A DNA stretch of 63,940 nt, filler included, from Octopus bimaculoides (Eukaryota): assembly GCF_001194135.2 (NCBI RefSeq). It is 7 parts of 7 records of this genome, joined end to end, with 100 filler letters (N's around TTAATTAATTAA, not from the genome) between each part and the next. Parts side by side here need not be neighbours in the genome. Positions count along the whole stretch, not along the records: positions 51,673 to 63,940 come from NC_068989.1; 6 more parts are not named here. One strand, given 5' to 3'. The translations under genes were made by a program, and so were the position numbers. This document shows positions 53,541 to 63,940 of this stretch, piece by piece; the stretch's first letter is position 1; each line of letters starts with the position of its first letter. A model generated the notes under the pieces. It was not told where the DNA came from. It made no database searches and worked only from the letters and a program-made list of their open reading frames with translations.

Positions 53541-55363
53541 GCGGAACTAAATTTATAGAATCAAAGTAATGGAATTTCGTCTTGTTGCTGACCCGCCATT
53601 TTCTCCCAAATTTGTTTATTTTTTAACTTTTTTTTGCCAAAAATCCCCGTTTTCGGGTACGGAGGTTCCAGAAAATTACCAAAAATTGGCATTCTGAAAT
53701 GTTTCACCTCNNNNNNNNNNNNNNNNNNNNNNNNNNNNNNNNNNNNNNNNNNNNNNNNNNNNNNNNNNNNNNNNNNNNNNNNNNNNNNNNNNNNNNNNNN
53801 NNNNNNNNNNNNNNNNNNNNNNNNNNNNNNNNNNNNNNNNNNNNNNNNNNNNNNNNNNNNNNNNNNNNNNNNNNNNNNNNNNNNNNNNNNNNNNNNNNNN
53901 NNNNNNNNNNNNNNNNNNNNNNNNNNNNNNNNNNNNNNNNNNNNNNNNNNNNNNNNNNNNNNNNNNNNNNNNNNNNNNNNNNNNNNNNNNNNNNNNNNNN
54001 NNNNNNNNNNNNNNNNNNNNNNNNNNNNNNNNNNNNNNNNNNNNNNNNNNNNNNNNNNNNNNNNNNNNNNNNNNNNNNNNNNNNNNNNNNNNNNNNNNNN
54101 NNNNNNNNNNNNNNNNNNNNNNNNNNNNNNNNNNNNNNNNNNNNNNNNNNNNNNNNNNNNNNNNNNNNNNNNNNNNNNNNNNNNNNNNNNNNNNNNNNNN
54201 NNNNNNNNNNNNNNNNNNNNNNNNNNNNNNNNNNNNNNNNNNNNNNNNNNNNNNNNNNNNNNNNNNNNNNNNNNNNNNNNNNNNNNNNNNNNNNNNNNNN
54301 NNNNNNNNNNNNNNNNNNNNNNNNNNNNNNNNNNNNNNNNNNNNNNNNNNNNNNNNNNNNNNNNNNNNNNNNNNNNNNNNNNNNNNNNNNNNNNNNNNNN
54401 NNNNNNNNNNNNNNNNNNNNNNNNNNNNNNNNNNNNNNNNNNNNNNNNNNNNNNNNNNNNNNNNNNNNNNNNNNNNNNNNNNNNNNNNNNNNNNNNNNNN
54501 NNNNNNNNNNNNNNNNNNNNNNNNNNNNNNNNNNNNNNNNNNNNNNNNNNNNNNNNNNNNNNNNNNNNNNNNNNNNNNNNNNNNNNNNNNNNNNNNNNNN
54601 NNNNNNNNNNNNNNNNNNNNNNNNNNNNNNNNNCGGGTTAGGGTTTTTCCCCAACACTAACCCTAAAACACCGACAAAAATACAAACAACAGCGACAGTG
54701 GCAAACAACAACAGTAATGACGACGATGTGCGCAGCAGCAACAGCGATAACAACAATAACAACAGCAACAGCGTGAACAATAAAGAGAGAAAACGAAAAC
54801 AAGAATGCAGATATCACTGAGAACAGTAGTAGTAACGTCAAAAAAAAACGTGGAAAACAACAGCAACATAAAAAAAACAACTTTTTATCTTTTTAGAAGA
54901 CAGTTAGCCAGTGAAATGTGCATCGGATGCAAAATTTAGGTAAAATCTTCTAATACAAAAATGATATAGCAAAACCAGGTGTTCTGTTGCTTAATGAAGG
55001 GTTAATTTCCTACTCCGGCAGAAACAGAAAAATACTTTCAAGATGTGTTGCCCTTAGGGCTACACATATATAAAGGAAAATAATATAGGACCGTAGCTGA
55101 TATTAGCGAGCAAGAAGCCAGAAGAATGACAAGCCAGACCTTTATAATGATCCCCCTATAGTTTTGTTAAGCTATACACAAACAAACCAGTGGAGACGAG
55201 AATACATTTATAATGGGAAGCAAGGTTCTGGATATCGGTTGAATATCGCCTTTCTCCCATTAATTTCTTATTCTTCGTGTTGCTAAGGCTCCAGCAGTCG
55301 AGTAAAGAAGTATTAGGCAAAATGCAGGTTCTCCATTAGTTTTATTTATAATATATACAAAGG

Positions 55364-55760
55364 TGTAGTATGTTGCACTTTTGCAGCCATCTCATGTGGT
55401 ATGAATTCGTCGTTCTCCGTTACGCGGGCCATTGCCTCAGGAGATGCAACAAGTGGACTAGCCTAGAGGCTCAGCCAGTGAAATGTGCTCTACAAGCTGT
55501 CGCAGGGAAAAGAGAAAAGATCAAATCTTGGCTCTTCTTCCTTTTATATAGTTTGCAATCGCGAGCCTCGTTATGAGCTCGCGCATGGCAAATGGATGCA
55601 GGTGAGGTCTCGCTCTAGTCTCGGAGATGGCAATGGCTGCCACGAGATCTCACCCAATATGGCACTGACTGGAAGTCCCTTTTTGTTGCTGACCAACTTC
55701 CTAGCTAGCCCGCAGCGAAATTCCTGTCTACAGTTCGTCTGTCATGAATCCTGCTCTACA
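55364..55760 (-). mobile_element. LTR-like sequence (Gypsy-associated)
   Basis: TGTAG..CTACA termini, minus-strand TATA box CTATATAAAAG at 55541-55551, purine run AATGGGG immediately 5' on the minus strand, integrase remnant upstream. No TSD seen. Confidence 0.55.
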
Positions 55761-55954
55761 CCCCATTATATGGGTAAAAGGTTGACTCATACTCAAATCA
55801 AGAAGGTGCTAGTTAATCGAAGTCCGGCAAGAGTTCTAGTCATTCTGGAAGTCCACCACACAACTCAACAGGACTGGAATTCTTATGGAATTCTAGATAT
55901 TAGTTTCTCCAGAAGAAATAAATTGCATTCCTGATTTTTCTGTTTCAAGGAATG

Positions 55955-56060
55955 CTTCCAATGGGATGGTCGAACGTTTTCACAGACAACTGACTCAGCG
56001 GAAATGTCCTCTATTGGAACGGCTTCAGGCCAATGAGAGAAACGATTGACGCATGGCAAC
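55955..56060. mobile_element. Gypsy integrase remnants on opposite strands
   Basis: Plus strand ASNGMVERFHRQL; minus strand CVNRFSHWPEAVPIEDISAESV. Confidence 0.75.
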
Positions 56061-56789
56061 ATGGTTGTAGGTGAGACATTGCTCTTGTCTCGGATATGGT
56101 AATGGCTGCCGGCGAGATCACGTACAAAATGGCACTGGGGAGCGAGTGAAAACCACCAGTCTGTGGTTCGGTTGAACCATCTACATGATAAAGCTTGCAG
56201 CTGCCGAAATCCTTTTTCCATCGGAGTCACCATTTTATAATGGGACTCGAAGGTTCATGATACCTGTAGAGTATCACCTTCTCTCGTTACAATTATTTTC
56301 TGTAGTCTTAGGATCTTGAACTCGAAGAAGCTTATAAGCAGATGCAATTCAATGGTTGTTTATCTTAGTTCTCATTCATGGGGCTCATTCCCGGTGACCA
56401 TCTGTATGGCAGTACGCAGTTGCACTATCACTCAACTCACGTGAGGTACATTATCTCAGGAGATAATGGGTAAAGTTAGAGCAGGATAAGAATCCACCGT
56501 GAGCTGCCAGTTCGCAGTTTTTCTCAGTGTAGCGAGAAAGAGAGAGAGTTCGAATTCTTTAATACGCCTGCTTAAATAGATGTTGCCCACAAGTGTCTCG
56601 CTGTGGTCTCATGCATAGCAACATGATTGTATGTGAGACCTCGCTCTTGTCTCAGACAGGGTAATGGCTGCCGGCGAGATCTTGTACAAAATGACGCTGG
56701 TTTCTTGTGTCACGCTACAGATCTATCCATGACAGACTCCACCTTATGTGACACATCATAGAGAGACCTGGGACCAAAGCTGGCTTCGG

Positions 56790-57330
56790 TAGGCATCTGA
56801 TCAATTTGGGTCAATGCAAAGCATTCAAAAGAGTTGACCATTGCTACTTGAAAGCTATCCGGAAAGCAATTGGTTTCGGACCCATTTTCAGTGGCTGGAT
56901 CCCTTCAATACACAGAAGAACCTGCTCGGGAGTCAAAGTAGACTGCCACCTATCGGAACCGTTTCGCTTCGCATACTCTCTCCGTCAGGGCTACCTGTTG
57001 TTGCTTCTTCTGTAAATGTTGGCTCTTGAGCCAATGCTGCGGAAGAAGAAACAGTTGAGGGGCATCTCTTTCAAACTGGAACACGAGAGGGCAGTGTCGG
57101 CGTACGTGGGCAACATCAGTCAGTCTGCTGTCAGCATCCTCTACGCGGTGGCTTAGACATGTCGTGGCTTCTGGTGTGCAGACATGCACTCAGGTTGCGC
57201 CACCTGCAGTGATTTCTGGACGGTAAACGTGTGTAGGGTACTTGGATCCGTTTGTGAAGCATGTCTCGTTTCTTTGATGGAGCTACAGGACTAGGTGAAG
57301 AAATGACAAAGACTACTCATAGCTACCTGA
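56790..57330 (+). mobile_element. Degraded L1/Tx1-like reverse transcriptase fragment
   Basis: GQCKAFKRVDHCYL..GFGPIFSGWI..LSEPF..SLRQGY.L.LLL*MLALEP and VSAYVGNI (AYADD-like). Confidence 0.75.
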
Positions 57331-57834
57331 CAACTAGGATGTCGTGAGGCCCTCACTTATGGTATGTGCATGCTTGTCCTTTGTCTATGTATTACACTGT
57401 AAAGTGCCATTTTTGTTCTCTGTGGTGATAATACCTTAACCTCTGTTATTAACCGAGCATCTATGTTCTACTTGAGCATGTTGGTAGACCACTGACGAGC
57501 TTTTCTCCTATTTGAGCTTCCGCCAGTTTTTCCTACTCACTCCCCTATGCTGCGTGCCGTCTCTTCGGTATAAGTTGTTGTCGTATTTCTGCAGGATGAA
57601 GACCATGTCAGTTACATAATCATCATCATCCCCATCATCATTTTCGTTATTGTCGTCATCGTCATCATTATCAAAGTCGTTATCATCTTTGATATAATCA
57701 TCAGCAGCACCACAACCACCGCCACCGTTACTGTTTTGATCGTTCTCGTTGTCATCATCGTTATCAGCTACGTCGTCATCATTATTGTCATCATCATCAT
57801 CATGGTTTATATTGCTATTATCCTTGTAGTAACG

Positions 57835-57905
57835 CCGTGCGCATGCGTAGTCTTACGCATGCGTAGAATTAAACAACCAAGCGTTCCCGCTCAATTCATT
57901 CTCTT
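57835..57905 (+). promoter_or_regulatory. Candidate promoter: two NRF1-like GCGCATGCG-type sites and an Inr-like TCATTC
   Basis: TGCGCATGCGTA and the palindrome TACGCATGCGTA at about 57838-57865, TCATTC at 57896-57901, local CpG enrichment, about 700 bp upstream of the first visible plus-strand exon. Confidence 0.5.
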
Positions 57906-58582
57906 TCTCGCTGGCCAGCGATTGAGCATGGACGTATTTAAGCTGTCTCTCTACATCTTTCGGACTTACACTCGACAGCTCGCTCACATCTATAGAACAA
58001 CGTCCCAACAACTATGCTCATACACACAGAAGCTGTAACAACAAGAACTAAAGATGTATATATTTACCACCTAAATAAAGTGTTGTTTAAGTTGATAGTC
58101 TGGAGTTCAGCATTCCGTTATATTCTTTTAATTACATAGTGGAAAGTCAGGTATACAATCTAAAGATGTATAACCCACTTTCTACTATATCCTCATTGTT
58201 ATCAATTGTCATCGTCATCATTATCAACATCATAATAATTTATTATTGTCATCATCAACTTCATCATTATTGTTGCTGTCGTCATTATCGTTGTTGTTGT
58301 CATCGTCGTCATCATTATCATCATCCTCACACACATGCATGCAAATATATTAACAAGCCCAAGTATCAAAAATGGAAAACTAAGAAGACAATTATATTCA
58401 AAGAACGTGTACGATTTGGAAAACGTTTCTTCCTCCTCTTTCTTTCCCTCTCTCCCCCTCTCTTTCTATCCATCTATCAATCTATCTGTCTATCTCTATG
58501 TCATCTCTATCTCTCTCTCCCTCCCTCTCTCTCATCCAAGATATATTCTAATTTACCATGATATTTACTTTCCTGTCTCTAG

Positions 58583-58723
58583 AATGTTCAAATTATATTG
58601 AGAATTGTCAAACCATGAGTTGCAGCAGCAGTCAAAGACCTGTTTGTTCTACATGTAGACAGTACAATGTGAGAGGAGCAGAATTTTCTATGGCCTGGCC
58701 TGAAGGACCACTCAAATGCAATC
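58583..58723 (+). CDS. Exon of an uncharacterised Cys-rich extracellular protein gene (CSNYIENCQTMSCSSSQRPVCSTC..PLKCN)
   Basis: Acceptor tttactttcctgtctctag, donor GTGAGT, 141 nt, phase 1 to phase 1, open frame, in frame with the next exon. Confidence 0.8.
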
Positions 58724-58754
58724 GTGAGTATATCATTTTTTTGTTGTTATTTTT

Positions 58755-59285
58755 ATTATAAGGTAGTTAGCTGGTAGAATAATAAGTACGTTGGATAAAA
58801 TATTCAGTGGTATTTCTTCCATTTGTTTACATTCTGTGCACAACTCACAGAGGTTGATTTTGCCTTTCATTCTCTTGAGGTCAATAAAATCGAATACCAA
58901 TCATGTACTGGGGTTAGTATGATCAACTAATTCTTTCCCACTAAGACATCTAGACTTGGGCCAAAATTTGAAACAATTATTTAAGCAATGGCCTGGAAGG
59001 ACTATTAGTATCTCAGACAAAATGCTTAGCAGCTTTTCTTCCACCTTTTTACATTCTAAGCTCAAAATTCCATCGAGGTCCACTTTGCCTTTTTATCTTT
59101 TCAGGGTTGATAGAATAAAGTCAAGTACTGGAGTCATTGTCATCAGCTTGCCTCCTCCTCTTAAATTGCTGGCCATTAGCCAAAACTAGGGAGTATTATT
59201 ATAATGATGATGAGCAGGCAGAATAGTTTGTGTATCAGACAAAATGCTTTGTGACATTTCTTTCAGCTTTTTACATTCTGTGTAA
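58755..59285 (+). mobile_element. Cluster of three old SINE family 1 copies in an intron
   Basis: Diverged heads at about 58755, 58985 and 59212. Confidence 0.6.
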
Positions 59286-60260
59286 AAATTGCCTCTATGC
59301 AGTTGCTTGACCTGCTAGAAGTAGCAGCCACATCTCCAACCAGTCAGAGCCTACTATTGTAAAAAGGAAGATGTTGGATAGTATCATCCTGAAATCCTTG
59401 CACATGGATAAATATTGGATGGTCACATCTGGAATGCATTTAAATCATAAGTCTGCTCAGTCAGAATTAACCTGGATTAAGCAACTGCTTCCCTACTATC
59501 TACCTATATGGAACAACATGTGGCCAAAATCACAATACATGGTGGGTCATCCATGTTTTGTTTGGGCTTCACTTCAGTGACTTCAAAACCAAAAAGTGAT
59601 CCATCTGGCTACCCCACTTGAAAAGAACAGACAGGATAGTGTCAATGATTCTTATAACTGACCATTTGCCGCAATGACTGCCACCAAGCAGATGTCACTG
59701 TACAATGCAGTGATCTGGTTCTTGAAAATTGGACTACAACTGGCTACATACAGCACAACCACCAGGGTACTAATGATTTCAAGCCTATTAGATATTTTAG
59801 AGTGATCCCTGTTGTTCGGCCCCCAATCAAATCTGAATTTTTAAAAAGACCCTCTCTGTGAGGCATAATTTTATGTGGAGATTGTCAAAGATTCATCTGT
59901 CTGGGATCACACAGGTTTGAGCAAACCCAACAACACAACTAAGTACTAAGTACAAGTACTAACCTTTCACCCTTTAGCATTCAAACAGGCCACATCCAGC
60001 CAAAATATTCTACCTGCTTTATGTTCAAATTGGCCAGATCTGGCCTCTCACATCTACCCTATAATGTCAGTCTAAAAATATACAATCACATCATTGAAAT
60101 CTCAAAGCTACAAGATAATGCTGGATAAATTCAAAACAATTACATCTCACTGAGTAATCTGAAATAATGAAAATAATATTCCTATTATAATTGTCTTGTT
60201 TTGTTCGTTGATTTTGCTCTGAAATCCTATTAAATTTGTTGTTTTAAATCTACTTTACAG

Positions 60261-60386
60261 CTACATGTTCCTGGTTCAACCACAACTGCTGGCCTGGCAC
60301 ATGTGGCAAAAGTCACCTTGCCAGAGATTGTCAGTGCAACCAAGGTTTTGTCTTGCATAAAACTAAACAAACCACAAAATGTGAAC
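60261..60386 (+). CDS. EGF-like exon of the same gene (PTCSWFNHNCWPGTCGKSHLARDCQCNQGFVLHKTKQTTKCE)
   Basis: Acceptor aaatctactttacag, donor GTAAGT, 126 nt, phase 1-1. CxCxxGF EGF-type signature. Missed by the ORF track. Confidence 0.85.
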
Positions 60387-60839
60387 GTAAGTACTCTATA
60401 ATGTTTCAATACACCTATCATACATTTATTGTAGAACTCTATAAATACTCTATAATATATTTCTATATACTTCTACACAACTATCATACATATTAGGGGT
60501 ACCAAACAGTAATATCATATTTTCAAACAAATAATCTGATATGATACCACAAATAGTTCACAAGCCAATACACAGTCTTTGCAATCACCCAGTAAGCATA
60601 GAATTAATGTGGAACACATATTGTATATATATGCTCTATATGATAGCTCATAGAAGAAAATGACTTTAGTGAATTGCATAGTCAGCATTGAGAAGGTTGC
60701 AAGAAGCAATGAAAGAGCTTTAACGAACAAAAACAAAACAATCAGATATTTAATGAGTGAAATTGAACCAGTGTGTGTATTAATTATATTGACATAATGA
60801 CTCTCCCTAGACACAAGAATATATATATATGTATGTATG

Positions 60840-60871
<32 letters not shown>

Positions 60872-61039
60872 GTTTTAGGGAAAATAACCAAGTTTCAAGA
60901 ACTCATCGATGAAAATCCACTATCACATATAGAAAAATTAATAATTAATCACTGAGACATTAGTATATAGAGAGGACACCCTACCCCAACCACCGAACCT
61001 CAAAAGACTGAAAGAGAAAGATGCTTTGGTTCAATCCTT

Positions 61040-61225
61040 CATTTAACAGAGAAGTTTCAATATTGCTATGTAACTGGTATTTTATTTTATCAATGTTGGA
61101 GGAATGAAAAGTAAAGTTGATTTTGACAGAATTTGAACTTAGGATTTAAGGGACCAGAATAAATGCCACAAGGCATTTTCTCCAATACTAACAATTCTGC
61201 CCATCCATTGCACTGGTTTGAAAAA
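61040..61225 (-). mobile_element. Old SINE family 1 copy
   Basis: ggaatgaaaagtaaagttgattttgacagaatttgaactt..aattctgcc. Confidence 0.55.
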
Positions 61226-61258
61226 TATATAATGAATAATTTTTTTTTCTTATTGCAG

Positions 61259-61513
61259 TTCAAAAGGGACCAAATTTAATGGCTTGCGATTTTGGTATCC
61301 AGAGTCAGTATGGTGACATCTCTAACTTCACAAGTTCAAGTGGTTGTCACAGTGAACAAGATATCTTTGTTAAATTCATCCCAAATGCCATTTCTTTGCA
61401 AATGGAGTCACTTTTAACCTTGAACATTACCATGCCACTAATGCCACATATTGTAAATTTTACAATGGGTGTTGTTTCTGGAAGTATTTCTGTAAAGAAA
61501 ATATCACCTTCAG
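61259..61513 (+). CDS. Third visible exon of the same gene (LQKGPNLMACDFGIQ..HIVNFTMGVVSGSISVKKISPSG)
   Basis: Acceptor ttttttttcttattgcag, donor GTCAAT (weaker), 255 nt, phase 1-1, open and in frame with the previous exon. Several N-x-S/T sequons (NFT, NIT, NFT). Confidence 0.75.
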
Positions 61514-63278
61514 GTCAATGTTTACACTTTATATACTTTATATATATATTCTATGTATATATTTTATATATGTGCTTCATATATAAATATGCCCTTTTTA
61601 TCTACACTTTATGTATGGCCTGTGTGTGTGTGTGTGTGTGTGATGATATCGAAGAAGGTAAACAGAGAGAAAATAGAAAGCTTTACATCATGCTAGGAGA
61701 TTTGAATAAGTTAACTGGACCTGCAAGACTGGAAATTTCCATGGTTGTTCTTTTTCTGAAGATGGGCTTTTGTACCTGAAATATGAAACGTCCCACATTG
61801 TCAGAAGCCTTGCTTTCTCTCTTTTTACCTTCTTTAATATTTCAATGCTTCAAGCAAACTACAATGTTCTTATGTGTGTGTGTGTGTGTATATATACATA
61901 TATATATAAATATATAGTTTTAGGGAAAAGAACCAAGTTTCAAGAACTCATTGATGAAAATCCACTATCACATACAGAAAAATTAATAATTAAAAGCACA
62001 ATAAATGAGTATGTTATAAAACAAAGTAAATATCATAAGATAAAGATAATAAAATGACTGCACGTGTTTCATAACTAATTTTCAAATAGAAAGGAAATTT
62101 AAATCGATTAAAATCAATTAAAATTATTGAAAATAAATTCTATTCAAAAATACAGCTAATCATCAGGTCGTAAATAGAACAATAATTATAATATATAAAT
62201 ATATATATCAACCAACAATAATACTAAATGAATTTATTTAAAATACTTATTTTATAAAGATAGAAAAATTATTAAAAATATCAAAATNNNNNNNNNNNNN
62301 NNNNNNNNNNNNNNNNNNNNNNNNNNNNNNNNNNNNNNNNNNNNNNNNNNNNNNNNNNNNNNNNNNNNNNNNNNNNNNNNNNNNNNNNNNNNNNNNNNNN
62401 NNNNNNNNNNNNNNNNNNNNNNNNNNNNNNNNNNNNNNNNNNNNNNNNNNNNNNNNNNNNNNNNNNNNNNNNNNNNNNNNNNNNNNNNNNNNNNNNNNNN
62501 NNNNNNNNNNNNNNNNNNNNNNNNNNNNNNNNNNNNNNNNNNNNNNNNNNNNNNNNNNNNNNNNNNNNNNNNNNNNNNNNNNNNNNNNNNNNNNNNNNNN
62601 NNNNNNNNNNNNNNNNNNNNNNNNNNNNNNNNNNNNNNNNNNNNNNNNNNNNNNNNNNNNNNNNNNNNNNNNNNNNNNNNNNNNNNNNNNNNNNNNNNNN
62701 NNNNNNNNNNNNNNNNNNNNNNNNNNNNNNNNNNNNNNNNNNNNNNNNNNNNNNNNNNNNNNNNNNNNNNNNNNNNNNNNNNNNNNNNNNNNNNNNNNNN
62801 NNNNNNNNNNNNNNNNNNNNNNNNNNNNNNNNNNNNNNNNNNNNNNNNNNNNNNNNNNNNNNNNNNNNNNNNNNNNNNNNNNNNNNNNNNNNNNNNNNNN
62901 NNNNNNNNNNNNNNNNNNNNNNNNNNNNNNNNNNNNNNNNNNNNNNNNNNNNNNNNNNNNNNNNNNNNNNNNNNNNNNNNNNNNNNNNNNNNNNNNNNNN
63001 NNNNNNNNNNNNNNNNNNNNNNNNNNNNNNNNNNNNNNNNNNNNNNNNNNNNNNNNNNNNNNNNNNNNNNNNNNNNNNNNNNNNNNNNNNNNNNNNNNNN
63101 NNNNNNNNNNNNNNNNNNNNNNNNNNNNNNNNNNNNNNNNNNNNNNNNNNNNNNNNNNNNNNNNNNNNNNNNNNNNNNNNNNNNNNNNNNNNNNNNNNNN
63201 NNNNNNNNNNNNNNNNNNNNNNNNNNNNNNNNNNNNNNNNNNNNNNNNNNNNNNNNNNNATATATATATATATATATA

Positions 63279-63714
63279 CTGTTGTGTCTGGGGAGAGTCA
63301 TTTTCTTTTCGTGCCTTAAAATTTAACACACTCACCGTTAAATTTCCACTTAAAAAAAAAAAAATACACACAAATCCAGAATACATACATACATGCAAAC
63401 ACACACATACATGTATATATACATACACAAACATACATACATATATACATGTGCACACACACAGACATACACGCACACATGCACGCATACATACATACAC
63501 ACACACTGAGACACATGCATGCGCAAAAATAACAAAGAAACAGAAAAGCAAAAACAGAACGCAACGTGAATAACGGACAGAGTCAAAACTATTGAAAAGG
63601 TTGCAAGATGCAACGAAAATTTTAGGAAAATAAAAATAATAAGTGGAAATTTTAACGGTGAGTGTGTTAAATTTTAAGGCACGAAAAGAAAATGACTCTC
63701 CCCAGACACAACAG
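63279..63714. mobile_element. Element bounded by near-perfect 73/74-bp inverted repeats (MITE-like or fold-back)
   Basis: 63279-63351 is the reverse complement of 63641-63714 except for one extra T; a diverged homolog of the right part lies at about 60680-60820. Confidence 0.65.
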
Positions 63715-63805
63715 AATATGCTTCAACACACGAAATCACATAAAAAATCTTGCAAACCAAATCCAAAAGCGAAATATATACATATATATATATACACATA
63801 TATTC

Positions 63806-63940
63806 GGCATGATAGGTCGCTAGCCGCTACACATATTTTTTTTCTCTCCTGGTTTCTTTCTGTGTTCCTTTATGTGGAAGTGCGTAGGGTTGAAACGTTA
63901 AAGACTTTCTCAATTCCTGAACATTATAATAATACATCTA
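63806..63940 (+). mobile_element. Diverged family A copy running off the window end
   Basis: gataggtcgctagccgctacac..gaaacgttaaagactttctc..taatacatc matches 38580-38720. Confidence 0.55.

Larger units (their letters stand above)
60871..61993 (+). repeat. 78-bp direct repeats (60871-60948 and 61916-61993)
   Basis: Three mismatches by eye; each copy is preceded by a TA-rich tract. Confidence 0.9.

Noticed and set aside
54634-54670. GGGTTAGGG and CTAACCCTAA as telomeric sequence
   Set aside because: Only one to two units next to a gap; not an array.
55582-56700. Spaced direct repeats as a CRISPR-like array
   Set aside because: The repeats are about 90 bp, diverged and separated by 400-500 bp in a eukaryotic retroelement context; no cas genes.
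57928-58038. Short ORF MDVFKLSLYIFRTY.. as the first coding exon of the plus-strand gene
   Set aside because: It stops after 36 codons and has no phase-1 donor compatible with exon 58583; it could be a uORF.
61750-61790. CTGAAGA-tgggc..-GAAA motif as a hammerhead
   Set aside because: Stem II pairs poorly and there is no valid stem III/NUH; at most a decayed repeat.

Overview
This is eukaryotic, AT-rich, microsatellite-dense DNA from a gapped draft assembly, with many N blocks and six artificial N-TTAATTAATTAA-N spacers. The repeat content is consistent with an octopus (coleoid cephalopod) genome; that is an inference from the repeats, not a database result. Nearly all entries in the ORF track are artefacts of simple repeats or gaps. 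Two host genes are supportable. One is a minus-strand exon at 47298-48237 encoding a coiled coil plus a beta-propeller-like region (mollusc TRIM/NHL-like) that runs into a gap. The other is a plus-strand gene with three frame-compatible phase-1 exons (58583-58723, 60261-60386, 61259-61513) encoding a Cys-rich/EGF-like extracellular region, downstream of a CpG/NRF1-like promoter candidate at about 57.85 kb. The rest is transposon debris: tRNA-derived SINEs, R4/Dong-, HERO- and L1/Tx1-like LINE fragments, Penelope-like fragments, mariner and DD37D-like transposase fragments, and a Gypsy LTR/integrase remnant. The most notable observation is that at least two short repeat families carry minimal type-I hammerhead ribozyme folds. 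One is a tRNA-headed element present as a head-to-head fold-back dimer at 10.25-10.62 kb. No rRNA, bona fide tRNA gene or CRISPR array was seen.
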